The notes: a model not told the origin generated them from the sequence alone. A stretch of DNA of 64,000 nucleotides from Schizochytrium sp. TIO01 (GCA_004764695.1 SMSO01000035.1:4476040-4540039), one strand, 5' to 3'. Shown: positions 23,885-36,642, numbered from the stretch's first letter. Program-made: numbers and translations.

Positions 23885-24372
23885 TCAATCAAAGCAATTC
23901 AGGGACAATATATTAATAAGCTTCTTGGAGCAAGCACTATTGTAGCTCTACAAGAATCATGGCTTGCACAAAACCAGAACTGGACAATCAGATGTGGGTT
24001 GTGAATCCAATGCAATCAGGGAGCTGGAAGTTTACATACACATAAGCATGGTGAAGTGGTATAATAGCTGAGTTGAGATGACTTCTTTAATTTGTATCCA
24101 GTTCAGAGCAAGTCTGTCTTAGTCTCATAACGATAATTTGAATCGGTATGCTTCCAACGACAGCAGATGGCTATCTCTAAACGCCAAAATGTATTAAGCC
24201 TTCTTCAACTCAACTTTCTTCTGTCTCTTGCCGTTATCCTCAAAGTGAACCTCTAATCTGGATGCAAATAGCCGTTCACGTACAGGCACAGCATATCTGC
24301 CATCTTACTTTCATTGGACGACTCCACATTGACAGAAATCATGAACGTAAATCCTCAAACAATCATTGTCCT
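23885..24372 (+). mobile_element. Possible highly decayed non-LTR retrotransposon (APE endonuclease) relic
   Basis: Ordered fragments KAIQGQYINKLLGASTIVALQESWL (23891-23965), LDANSR (24258-24275) and LTFIGRLHID...NHCP (24304-24372) resemble the APE motifs ALQETWL, GDxNAR, TF..ID and SDH. Stops and frameshifts interrupt them. Confidence 0.3.
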
Positions 24373-25398
24373 AGCAACAGCCTTATATGCGGATTTCCTT
24401 GCTAAAACTGAAAACGGGTTTTATTTTGTTACCTCAATTGAAACGTAGACATACACTACTCGAGCCCGTGCAGGAATGTAATTAGGCAACTAGATGAGGG
24501 AATGCGAGGCCAAAGATTACAAGAATTGAGCGTGCATATACATACTCAAAAGAAAATTGCAGTGAAAAATGAATGAATGATTGAAGAGGTGATTGAACCT
24601 AATTTCTCAAGTTGTATGAGGTACTAAATCAAGTATACCTTCGTCTACCATGAATAAGCCCATTTCCAAGGACAACAGATCTCTGAATTTATGAGGCCAA
24701 AGTTTACAAAGACTTTCGAGCCCTCTTCTATCTTTCTCCAAGGTTTCTTTTAATTTGTGTCTCTATCCTGCTAGATTTTTATTTTTTTTGCTAACCAGAG
24801 TTATATTTATCTCAGCATCAATCTATATTGGCTATGTCAGCAACCACCATGTTGTGAATACTACTTATACACAGGGATAGAAATACAATCAAAGACCTTC
24901 ATGAGCATGCTATACCTCGCATACCGCTCTGAGCCTATGTTATACGCAAACAGCAATGCTGTTTTGCATATCGTTTTATCGAAGTAAAAGAAACGGTCTT
25001 CATTAGTAATACCTGAGAAAGGTACAGGGAAGGTTGATAGAAAGTAAATAAAAAATGCGTGATAGAACGCATACTGTTCTGTTGGCAAAATATGCTTGAT
25101 CGTGTTATTACTCCATCATGAGCACATTTGAGCTATTCAGTAATGCCTTTGAAAGGATGAAAAAACAGAGGGAGAAGACTCAAGAGAGTGACAATATGGA
25201 TACATAAAATCATTGCTTAAAAACATAACACAAATACCAAGCGCTGGTAGTTGCGCTGATATTCACAAAGTAGATAGATACCTGCTGCTATCCCTTTCCC
25301 ACTACTCATTAAAAAAAAAAAATGTGTTTCGCGTTGCAAAAGGGAGAGATAAGAGTTTTCAACCTGCGCAATGAGTTTAACTTGTGTGCGTTTAAGTC

Positions 25399-25749
25399 TT
25401 ACATTTGGGTTTCTCTAGAAAGGTTGGGAATGTTTTCGGTCTCAAGAATAAGGTTGGGAGTGTTACTGCATTCTTGAGGCGAACGAACACATTTTTGTGC
25501 TTGTTCATCAAGGATCATACCCCGAGGGCAGAAACAGCCTTCGACACACATCGCCACACACATCATCGCTTCGTCATTGAAGTTGCTACAGGTTTTTGGG
25601 CAGGCCGTTCCACACTCTTGATATTCAAAGCCGTCAGGACAACCTTCATCTTCTTGAGCGGTTGTATGCTGGACTTGGGAGACAAGGAGCAGTGAAAAAG
25701 CAACAAAGAAAAACTTCTTCAGAGCCACGGAGCGAACCTTGAGCGCCAT
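25399..25749 (-). CDS. Secreted TIL (trypsin-inhibitor-like, Ascaris-type) cysteine-rich protein
   Basis: ATG at 25749. Signal-peptide-like KKFFFVAFSLLLVSQVQHTTA/QEDE is followed by CPDGFEYQECGTACPKTCSNFNDEAMMCVAMCVEGCFCPRGMILDEQAQKCVRSPQEC, which has all 10 Cys in TIL spacing. Confidence 0.88.
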   Translation of the reverse strand: MALKVRSVALKKFFFVAFSLLLVSQVQHTTAQEDEGCPDGFEYQECGTACPKTCSNFNDEAMMCVAMCVEGCFCPRGMILDEQAQKCVRSPQECSNTPNLILETENIPNLSRETQM

Positions 25750-26554
25750 ATTCAAAAACAGCTAGTCCGTATTCTTACTGGTGCAGAACTTAATCACAAC
25801 TTGTGTTGGGTAGAAACGCAATAAGCTAAGTTATCTTTGGACAAGCTTATCAAGACCCCGTGTTGAATTCAAGTTCTGCTCTTCACGACGTTTTGGAGCT
25901 CGGACGAATGATGTAGTTTGGAACTGATTCACGGAGCACTGTGATTAACTGTCCTCAAGACCAAAGCGTTGGAAAGCGTACTCACAAGTTAGTAGGACAA
26001 CAACACGCGTGAGAGATACTCCAGGTTGCAAACTGAGTCGCACAAGATATGCTCGGAATGGCCCGCTCGAGTTGGTTCTTTGCTGCTTGGCAACACAACA
26101 AAACTCAAAATAAAACCCGACCTGGCTCATACTAATTATAAATTAGAATAAGAGTTTAAAAGCTCCAAGAATTCCTCTTTTGCTATCATCAACTCACTGG
26201 ACATATGAGAAGCAATATGTGGCCGGATATTGAAGGGAAAAGTAGAAAGGAAGAGGGGTGCAGTGTTAAGGTAGGTTAACTTGGCGAAGAAGTCCGACGG
26301 ACTTGGCGTTTAGCTTTTATAGACTGGGCGATGTGATATTGTTGGATGTTGTTGTAAGAGCTTAGCCAAGTGAGAAAGTCAGCTCTGCTGTATACCGCCA
26401 TTAATCTAGAGTACATATTTTGGATTAGAAATGGATGACTCTTTGCACAGCAGTAAATCATGAGGGTGGGCGTGGCTCTAGAGGTCGATGAAAATTCAGT
26501 AGGCATAAATGGTTTCAATCATGATCGGTAAGATCTCATTTTACCTGAAGACCT

Positions 26555-26670
26555 AGAAGAAGAAGAAGGAGAAGGAGAAGAAGAAGGAGAAGGAGAAGGA
26601 GAAGGAGAAGGAGAAGGAGAAGGAGAAGGAGAAGGAGAAGGAGAAGGAGAAGGAGAAGGAGAAGGAGAAG
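26555..26670. repeat. (GAAGGA)n hexanucleotide microsatellite with GAA interruptions
   Basis: Directly visible purine-only tract of about 115 bp. Confidence 0.95.
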
Positions 26671-28295
26671 TAGAAGAGTAAGAGTACTAATACTATAAAC
26701 ATGTTTTTTCTTCCTCGGATGAAAAATGGAACGAGAGATTTTGTTCATGCGTCCTTGGAATAAGTAGATTAGCTCCAAGCACGAGTTTCATGAGGCAAAG
26801 AAGCATGAAAAATGCTGAACCATGACTTTACAACAAAGATCTGTTTTTTCACTGCATCGAATTCATACCTACATAGTGCTGTGGTTAATGAGAAACGCGA
26901 ACTACTCAGGGTTTTGATTTTTACGCAGATGGAGGTAATATGCTGGGGGAGCATCCCCAGAACTTAATTTGCATTAGAACTGGATTCTGACTTCTTATGA
27001 CATTAAGGAGAGGCTAGAAGATGCATAAAAAGACAATGGCTGATCTCCCACGTCAACGAACTCATCTGACGATCACAGGTAATTTACAACTGGTGCACGA
27101 TTTCAAGTAAAGTGTAATGAGATAAAAATATCTTTGAGTTCAGGATTTATAATTTCGAAGCATGCTAACGGCTTGATGTATACATGAGCTGTGATAAATG
27201 GACTCCACAAGGAATCATCTCCAGACTTCATGTGCTACATGCCAATAAATTTAATTTGGAATTCTAATTCTTCATTCTTTGGTCCAAAAGGTACATTTGA
27301 AACCAAAGATGACAGAGAAACTAATCATTGATAGAGATAGTCGAGAATACAGATTGGTTTAAAGGAAGGCAGGAATTGAAACTGAATATGTTGTGTAATA
27401 TAAACAAAAAGTCGACAATCAACATAAGAGCGATATGTCTGATGAAGTACTTAGGAAGCACTCTGAATCTAGACTTCTAGCTTATCTAAAGCATCAGCTG
27501 ACCTCAGGAAGGAGTCTCCAGGGCGCTACTTCAAATTATCTTAAAAAGCAAAGTGCAATATGTATGATCTGTATTACGTAGAATTTCAAGATGTAAGATT
27601 ATTTCTTCAACCACGACTTTATGGTTTTCCTATTGAAAATGGGCATTTTCCTTATCTTCTCAAGCACTATCTGCTTAAAGTCTTCTGTCTGTTGAAACTA
27701 AGACTACGATGTATAGATCTTAGTTTTTGAAATAACTTAAAGAATCATTTGTACCTTGTCCAACTCATGAGTGATTTGAACAGAAGGAAACATTTTGATG
27801 AACATTTCGTAGACTATCAAGTATGGACTAAAGTAGTTAAACTCACTTTCTTGACTGGACGCACGTTTGAAACCTTAAAAAATGAATCGAAGGCATCTGT
27901 GTGACTATTGATACCATGGGGATATGCAGAAAAGTGTCTTCAGCTTAAACTATTTAGTCCCATCGACAATGACTTACTTTACTTGACTTGAAAGAACGTT
28001 TAGTCTCTGAAGGTTATAATTATTAGAGATGATACTCAGTAATCCACCTATCTTGACAAGATGCAAGGCCTCGTTTCACTTTGCTACTACTGCTTTTCTG
28101 AAAAGCATGCCATGCCCTTGAAGGATACATGTACAACGAATGTACAAGAGGACATTATGGATGGGTAGTTGAACTGCAAGATCGAATGAAGTAAAATTTA
28201 GAAGGGTTTTCGAAAGAACAAAAAGATCTATGTCACTTGTTTGCACAGGTTGATGATTAAGGTTACTATTATCATGCAAGGGGCGAGTTAATCGC

Positions 28296-29733
28296 TTAGT
28301 CGACCTCCTCGACGGTGGCCTCGTTGGCGGGGGCAGCACCGGGGGCAGCGCCAGGCATACCGCCGGGCATGCCACCAGCACCACCCATGGCGGCAGTGAG
28401 GATGGGGTTAGCAATACCCTCGAGCTCCTTGTGCTTCTCCTCGTAGATCTCCTTCTCACCCTCGGTGTTCTGCTCGAGGAAGGCAAGAACCTCGTCGATC
28501 TTGTCGTTGATCTTCTTGAGGTCGGCCTCAGAGATGGCAGCCTTGAGCTTCTCCTCGTTGAGGGAGTTGCGGAGAGAGTAGGAGTAGTTCTCAAGACCGT
28601 TGCGGGCTTCAATGCGCTCCTTCACGGCGTTATCCTGCTGGGCGAACTTCTCAGCCTCGGCAACCATGCGCTCGACCTCCTCCTTGGAGAGGCGGCCCTT
28701 GTCGTTGGTGATGGTGATCTTGTTCTCCTTGCCGGTGGACTTCTCAATGGCAGAGACGTTGAGAATACCGTTGGCATCGAGATCGTAGGTGACCTCGATC
28801 TGGGGGACACCACGGGGCATGGGGGGGATGCCGTCGAGGTGGAACTTGCCGAGGAGGTTGTTGTCCTTGGTGAGGGGACGCTCACCCTCGAAGACCTGGA
28901 TAAGCACACCAGGCTGGTTGTCAGCGTAGGTGGAGAAGGTCTGGGTCTTCTTGCAGGGGATGGTGGTGTTACGCTCAATGAGCTTGGTCATGACACCACC
29001 AGCGGTCTCGAGACCGAGGGAAAGAGCGGTAACATCGAGGAGAAGGAGGTCGTTGAGCTTGGCAGAGTCAGAGCCGGTGGTGAGGATGGCGGCCTGGACG
29101 GTAGCACCGTAGGCGACGGCCTCATCGGGGTTGATGCTGCGGCAAGGCTCCTTGCCGTTGAAGAACTCCTTGAGCATGGCCTGGATCTTGGGGATACGGG
29201 TGGAGCCACCAACGAGAACGATCTCGTGGACGGAGCCCTTGCTCATCTTGGCGTCACGGAGAACCTTCTCGACGGGCTCCATGGTGGACTTGAAGTAGTC
29301 CATGTTGAGGTCCTCGAAGCGGGCACGAGACATGGAGGAGGTGAAGTCAATGCCCTCGAAGAGGCCATCGATCTCGATGTGAGCCTGGGCGGAGGCAGAG
29401 AGAGTGCGCTTTGCGCGCTCGCAGGCGGTACGAAGACGGCGCTTTGCGCGCTCGTTGGAGGACATGTCCTTCTTGAACTTGCGCTTGAACTCAGCCATGA
29501 AGTGCTCGACGAGGCGGTTGTCGAAGTCCTCACCACCCAAGTGGGTGTCACCAGCGGTGGCCTTGACCTCGAAGATACCCTCCTCAATGGTAAGGAGAGA
29601 CACATCGAAGGTACCACCACCAAGATCGAAGATGAGAACGTTGCGCTCACCCTCCTTCTTGTCGAGACCGTAGGCAATGGCGGCAGCGGTGGGCTCGTTG
29701 ATGATACGGAGAACGTTGAGGCCAGCAATCACA

Positions 29734-29780
<47 letters not shown>

Positions 29781-30224
29781 CACGGTGATGACGGCGTTCT
29801 TCACCTCCTCACCGAGGTAGCTCTCGGCGGTCTGCTTCATCTTGGTAAGAACCATGGAGGAGATCTCCTCAGGGGCGAAGGTCTTCTGCTCACCCTGGAA
29901 CTCAACCTTGATGACGGGCTTGTCGTTGGGGCCAGCCTCGACCTTGAAGGGGAAGTGCTTAAGATCCTGCTGGGTGGCAGGGTCAGAGAACTTGCGGCCG
30001 ATGAGGCGCTTGGCGTCAAAGACGGTGTTGTACGGGTTCATGGAAACCTGGGACTTGGCGGCATCACCGATGAGGCGCTCGGTGCTGGTGAAGGCAACGT
30101 ACGACGGGGTGGTGCGGTTACCCTGGTCGTTGGCGATGATCTCCACAGCATCGTTCTGCCAGCAGCCAACGCACGAGTACGTGGTGCCCAAGTCAATACC
30201 GATACCAATGCCTTCGACGGACAT
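28296..30224 (-). CDS. HSP70: Cytosolic Hsp70/Hsc70 (642 aa)
   Basis: ATG at 30224 ([17 protein letters not shown]). Motifs [14 protein letters not shown] and [18 protein letters not shown] repeats and a C-terminal EEVD; no signal or transit peptide. Strong C/G-ending codon bias. Confidence 0.98.
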
Positions 30225-30478
30225 CTTGCTAAGTGTCTTACTTCTGCTACTGTAACTTTTACTGTTCGCTTCTGATTGTGGTTTGGGGTTTGCTTCTTCA
30301 GGTCTGTGGCTCTTGGTGCTCTTCACCAGCTGGCACTCCTTGGTACTCTTATCTTACTCTTAGTTGGTGGTGCTCTCCTTCATTCTTTTCTGTTTGAAAC
30401 TTATTGAGCTTGGCTCATTAGGCAATCATGGATTCACTTTTCGCTCATAGTATGTCTATCAACTTGCAACCAAAGACC

Positions 30479-30825
30479 TTCACGAACACTGTCTAAGCCA
30501 TCCAGATTGTTCTTAGTCCCTACTATAGTCACTATTTGAGTACTAGCGGATTCTTGAGGGTCTTCGCGAAGGGTAGTATCCTCTTTGCCAAAGATTCTAG
30601 AAAGATCATCTTTTGCACCTTATTAAGGGCATGAAAGAGTATGCTGTAATAAGGCTTACCTTCCAAAATAAGGGGCTTTTCCTTCTTAGCTTCAACGGCC
30701 GGGGCTAGAAATACATTAAAAACTTTTAAAGGTGCTTTTTAAATAATTAAAACATTTAAAATATTAAGAATTATTTTTTAATTAAGAGCGTTCCAGAACA
30801 CACACGTAAACGTTCCAGAACGTTC
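30479..30825. promoter_or_regulatory. Cluster of heat-shock elements (inverted nGAAn units) upstream of HSP70
   Basis: Perfect three-unit TTCcaGAAcgTTC at 30813-30825. Two-unit sites: TTCcaGAA 30791-30798, TTCtaGAA 30595-30602, TTCgcGAA 30563-30570, TTCacGAA 30479-30486. Confidence 0.75.
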
Positions 30826-32156
30826 CTAATGGTATATTCATAGCAATTGTTATGGAAGAACTGCAAAGAACTGCTTCGGACTCGGCATAACTTCTATTAA
30901 GCCCCCTTGTAAAGTTCAGATGGCGTAGTCACTACTGTATTTTTTAAAATTCAAATTTTCAAATTGAGGGGTAAAGTATAGTTGTACATGTAAAGCTTAG
31001 TGAAGTAGTAGTACGTAGTTCAACTTAGTAAGTACCTACAAAACCATGCTCTTCCAACTCTATCATCAGATTCACAGAATTCCAAGTCATGAATCCTCAT
31101 GAACGATGACTCGCAGTACAATCAAGTGTTCACATCATCGCTTCCGAAGCCTCTTTAGGTGCGGTGATAGCGGTCTTTGCTGTCTCTGGGTCGTCTTGCA
31201 GAGGGTGGTGCATCTCAAGTTGAAAAGTTTGGAGCATCATCGCCGATTCATGACGAATCATCTTCAGAATCATCTTATGATGCACACAACTCAGTAGGTA
31301 CCTAGCTAGCAGGCACGAAGCTCCAACCAAAAATTGTTCAACTAGGCTCGTGCTAGTCCTACAGATAGTCACTAACCATTGCCTATGCTGTGATTCTACA
31401 CCTTGCGTGAAGGGAGAGACAAAGTTCTTTTAGTTGAATACCTGCTCCTAGCACTTGCCTATAGAACAGTAGTGCCTTCTTCATAAAATCAACTACAAAC
31501 AAACAACTTGAACACCAAACAAATGTTATGTGCCACGGCAAACAATGTTTGGGTGTCTGGCTGGCTAGCTAGCTAGTTTCTAGCTCGCTGGACCTATAGC
31601 AGGTCCTATGGTGTTGCCATGCTGCTTCGAACTGTAACACAAAACAGCGAAAGGTGTTCTTAAGTTGTCGCAGCGGACGGTTCTGAGCTGTGCGGATCCT
31701 CTTCTTTCTTCAGTGTGGAGAGAGCACCATTGGCATCGATGGCTCTGCCGCAACTTGTGAGACACGGGCGGCGGAGGGAGCCTCACGCCCGAATCCGACT
31801 CGGACTCCCATTCCACCGAGACAATCAAAGTCAATCAGCCAGCCAATCAGTCTCTTCGCCACTGGAGTCAATCAACCATCGAGAGAGGAGCACCCGACTG
31901 ACTGACTGATTGGCTGGCTGGCTGGCTGGCTAGTGAGGAGGGAATGGCTTCATACGTGCATGCATGCATGGGAGGTCAGTAGGAGGCGCCTAGTGGGTAG
32001 CTAGCTAACAGCAGACAGACAGACAGAGAGAGAGAGACAGAGGTGGTGGTGATGATGACTAGATGGTTGATGGTTGCTAACTAACTAGCTCACTACTATC
32101 ATCGGTGGAGTTCGCTCTCCCAACTAGGGGGGTAGAGGGCAGTAGGAGCGTAGCAC

Positions 32157-32262
<106 letters not shown>

Positions 32263-32561
32263 GTACACCTTTGTTTGGTTTCGTTCATCGTGCTCCTGCC
32301 GGCATCGTGGCTTAGGATAGATAGGCCTACTAGCTAGGGTATAGGTGCCTGTCTTCTGTATGATTTGTTACTATTTTAACTTCAAAAAATCGTAAAATAA
32401 ATAAATAATATTAAATTAAAGAAAGAAAAAGATTTACCTACCGTTATTGGTATGGTCATTACCACTTCTAACTGTCTTATTACTCACCTTCTTGAAAGTG
32501 GAAGCAAGTCTGAGAAAGCTTTAGAGAAGGCCTTTCTCTGAATGAAATGTGCGGTTCTGCC

Positions 32562-32603
32562 TGCCTTCGATTGCCTTCGATTGCCTTCGATTGCCTTCAA
32601 TTG
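32562..32603. repeat. Tandem 10-mer (TGCCTTCGAT) x4
   Basis: Three exact copies plus one variant (TGCCTTCAAT), with no spacers. Confidence 0.9.
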
Positions 32604-34011
32604 GAATGTCTGACTGCTCTCAGCTTACCACCCAATTGTTTGTTCCTCGCGAGCATTCCAGGCCGAGCAACGCTCCCGAGGACTCTCAAGACTGTCAACA
32701 AGAGGACCAACCGTCAACAGCACCCACTGTCAACAGCCACGGCGATTGTCTCAAAATCTGATCTTGTTGCAAAAGCTCGTGTATATCTCTGTTGATCTGT
32801 CTGTTGATCTGTTTATTTGTGTTTCTTTCAAGTTCAAGTTGTTTCTTTCTTTGCTTGTTCGTTCGTGCGTGCGTTGCGTGCTTCAAGTTGCTTGCTTTTG
32901 TTCGACCGCAGGAAGAGACAGACCTCGGAGGGCTTTCGAGAACTTCGGGGCAACGCTCTCAAGTCAGCTGAGTCTTCTCTCGCCAAGTCGCAGTGTGCGT
33001 GCGTCTTCTTCAATCCAACTCTCTCAGGTCTTCAACTCTCTCGAGTGACTCATCGATTTCTCTTGCCTTTTGGCTCTTGTGCTTTCAAATTAGGGCCAAA
33101 GAGTTATCTATCTATCTATCTATCTATCTATCTCACCAGTCAGAGGCTCCTTTCCACTTGTGCGAAACCTTCAAGGCCTGGAGAAAGACTGCCATGACTA
33201 CTACCTACTTGAAACAGTAGTAGCAACAATGATAATAATGATAAAATAACCATAGATCATGAGGCACTCTTAGTAGTCAGAGGTAGCAAGTTAAAATCTT
33301 TTAGCTTGCCAAAACAATCACCCATGCTTAGGCTATAGGAGTACACTATACTGTACAAGGTATACAAGTAGGTATAGGTAGTATAAAAATGAAACTTGAA
33401 TAAATAAATAAATAAATATATCGAATACAAACCTCTCTATATTTAATTTAATTTAATTTTAAATTACAAACTTACTTACCAGTAAGAGGCCAACCGCCCA
33501 TTCTCGAGTTCTTTTTCAAATTCGAAAAACTTGATTAGTTGTGCCAGGAGTTCCTCTGCTCTCTTTCTCCGTTGTGATCCATATTTACCTTTGTTCTTTG
33601 GGCGAGTTCTTCGCTTCTCGCTATATCTTCTACCATCTCACTCATCGTTTATCACATCGTGGCTCTCAGGCGAACGCAAAGCATGCGTGTGAAAGCCGAT
33701 AGCTTGGCACTGCATAATTGCTGAGGCGATCCTTTTGCATAAGGAGTCTGAGGGGGGTATTTTGCATGGATTGAGAAAAGTAGAATATAAAAGTCAACCT
33801 TACCTCAACTTTTTCGGCATCCCATACTTCGCTGTATGATTTGCAGGAGCCAAAAATCGTGATGCTACCTGAGTAGTAGGCAGTTGTTAGTGCTAGGGAG
33901 GGAGTAGGTACCTACTAAGTAGGTAACTAGCTACCTAGCTACAACTACATAGCTGAAAAGACCCACCTACTAATAGTAGCAGTCCTACGGGTCAACAACG
34001 ACATCATACAC

Positions 34012-34032
34012 AGGTAGGTAGGTAGGTAGGTA
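34012..34032. repeat. (AGGT)n tetranucleotide repeat
   Basis: caggtaggtaggtaggtaggtacc is directly visible. Confidence 0.85.
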
Positions 34033-36642
34033 CCTTTGAGAAGATGAATGTGCCTCCCTTGGTAAAGAACTTGAAGGGAGCGGCGATGGCGGTGGCCGAT
34101 GCTCTGTTCTGTGAGTCAGAGACTGCAGATCGGAGAAGGAGGGCTCAGGAATAGAGCGTGCTCAGCGCTGGAATCCTTCACAGCGGCCGGGACTGTCCCG
34201 ATGATCCTTCGGATTGGCTGGCTGTCCCAATGCTCAGCAATTATTTATTGAAAAAAACTATATCTGAGCTGTTACGCTCCTGGTACTACAACAAAAACTA
34301 GAGGAAAAATCTTTTTAAAAAGACATTTTAAAAAATGAAAATGATACTGCAAATCATTTGTTGCATTTGGCATGTTTGAATTGACTTTTGTAGATCTTGT
34401 AGAGTCCCGATGACATTGAGGAATATAATCAATATGATGTTGTAGGGGCTGACGCCTGCGGGCTGTTCGCGAGGAATTAGACTAGACAATCGCGGCACAA
34501 AGATACGCTAGTACAGGACAGTATTTTTGGCTGACTTCCTGCCTTGCTGACTAGGACTTTCGCTCACCTCACACGAACTGATGTTATTTCTCAGTTCCTG
34601 TCTTGTACTACAAAATCTGTCAGGCCTCTGAAGTGCAGCGTCTCAGGATCTTCTGGCCTTCGTATGGTGTTGCTTGGCTTTGCATAAGGTTGGTTTCTTC
34701 GCTAAAAAGGTTGCCACCTGTTATTTGCAAGGTGGAGTTCGGTCGAAACCACTCAATCAATGATGGTCCTCAGGACAGTGCTTCGCTTCTTGATGAAGGG
34801 CCGCAAGTATACTACATAGAACATAGACAGGTTTGTACCAAGTTGTATGGTATTAGGCTCTACACACTCTCACTACTCAGAGCCCATTCCTAAGTGGATA
34901 CTCAGAAACTCAAGTCAATTGATAGCAATGTTAAGAACTTTGAGAAAGCTCATCCGATTGATGGTATCCCAAAGAAATGCAATCGATGCAAATGTTGATC
35001 TGATATATTAGGATACCAGTCTCGTCTCTAATCGGCGGCGAATCGACAAGCTTTAATGTGGAGCCAAGCTTTAAATTTATAATTCTCCTGTTCTCAAGCA
35101 AAATAAACATGGAGACCTATGTTGAGATGAACTTTCCCGCGCCATGTACACAAACACACCGTATTGAATACCTACGCCGAAGGTATTTTTGGATCAGGAA
35201 TTGCTCAGAGGATTTCTACAAAGAGCCTTCGTAAGTAAGCGTTCTTGGCACGCGATCTCAGGCTTGTTCATTACATAATCAAGATATTGCGAGCTTCTGA
35301 TTAATGATGCATTCAAGCTAAACAGAGCTCCATCTAAAATTGGAAAAGCAAAAACATAAAACAACTAGGTCCCTATGCCTCTGTTTCTTTGGGATGATAT
35401 AGAGTAGAAATAAACTTTGTTCAAAGCTCAAGCAATACTTGTTTTAGCTATGTCATGTACACTTATTTCTCTGTACATCAAGAGGATGTATGTTAAGTTA
35501 AGTAAATCAAAATCTAAGATATGTTGTATCATCGCAAAGTTCAGACGAGTCTCTTCTAAGACAGGTTTGATGTGGAAAGCTTCTTATTATCCAAGGAGTG
35601 GACTACGAAATGCACACGCAAAATTATAGACAACTAGGCACCGTAGTCGCGTCAAAGAACCTGTTAACAATGACAGAATAAACTGCAATCCACAAGTCTT
35701 AAATTCTAACTTCAATGATAAAAGTTAAGCAAGGAAGATCAGAACTGTCATTTGAGAACCGTACAACTAGTAGGTACATTCACTATGGGGCATATTTGTA
35801 GGATTAGGCAAGGGCTCGTGGGACTTCACCAACCTGAAGCCAAGGAAAGCCTATTCAAATCAACTTAACCTCAAAGTATCAAGCGAATAAAGTCATGTAC
35901 TATACATCAGTAAGACCTAGGTATGCATCGTCTAATCTCACTTGTCAGAGATTGTGCGAAATTTCGATACTTGAGTTGAATCCAAGTGGTCCAAAAAGAA
36001 AAGCTCCTCATGATATAACGTGAGAGTGGCCTTCGCTTTGAAGTTGTAGCTACACCTAACTAGGTACTAGAGTGCAAATAGAATAGAAGAACTTGCTAGC
36101 GTTAGAGCTAGAGTGGCAGTGAAGCAGCGAAAAGCTAAGTAGTAGAGGCAGCAGTAGGACCTTCTAAACACTATTAGCACAGTAGTAGTCAATCAAAGTA
36201 AGGAAGACCTAGCCTAGTAGTAGTACAGTGGCTAACAGAGCAATCTGTAATGCCTCTGTAGTAAGTGCTATCCCCCTAGTTAGACTTTCTAGTAGTAGTC
36301 CACATAGTTTATGAGTCATGATGATTGTCATAGAAAGAAAGGGAGAAAGAAAGGAGGAAAGGAGTAACTAGTGTCTATGCACTAACTAGTAGTCCGTAGT
36401 TTGCTACTCTAATAATAAAGAGAAGGCCTCTAGAGACCAGAGAAAAGGAGAGCAAGGCACGCAAGGCAGGCCAAGGCAGGCCAAGGCAAGGCAAGGCGAG
36501 GCAGAGAAGACCCAGACAGAGACAGAAGGCAGAGTCACAGTGGCGCACGGAACCTGCACCAGGATAGAGAGGCTACACTGTCGCAGTGCAAGCCCACACG
36601 TCGATCGACTAGAAGGAACGCCAAGAAACAGACAAGAGTAAG

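Noticed and set aside
26536-26778. Poly-Leu ORF resembling a membrane protein
   Set aside because: Simply the translation of the (GAAGGA)n microsatellite. The same applies to 32077..32268 and 32105..32320 over (CTTT)n.
28431-30275. 614-aa antisense ORF opposite HSP70
   Set aside because: Long antisense ORFs opposite HSP70 are a known by-product of its conservation and C/G-ending codon bias, and the claimed oomycete HSP70/NAD-GDH antisense gene was later disputed. This one has a non-ATG start and no independent motifs.
32562-32603. Short direct repeats as a CRISPR-like array
   Set aside because: Head-to-tail tandem units with no spacers, eukaryotic context and no cas genes.
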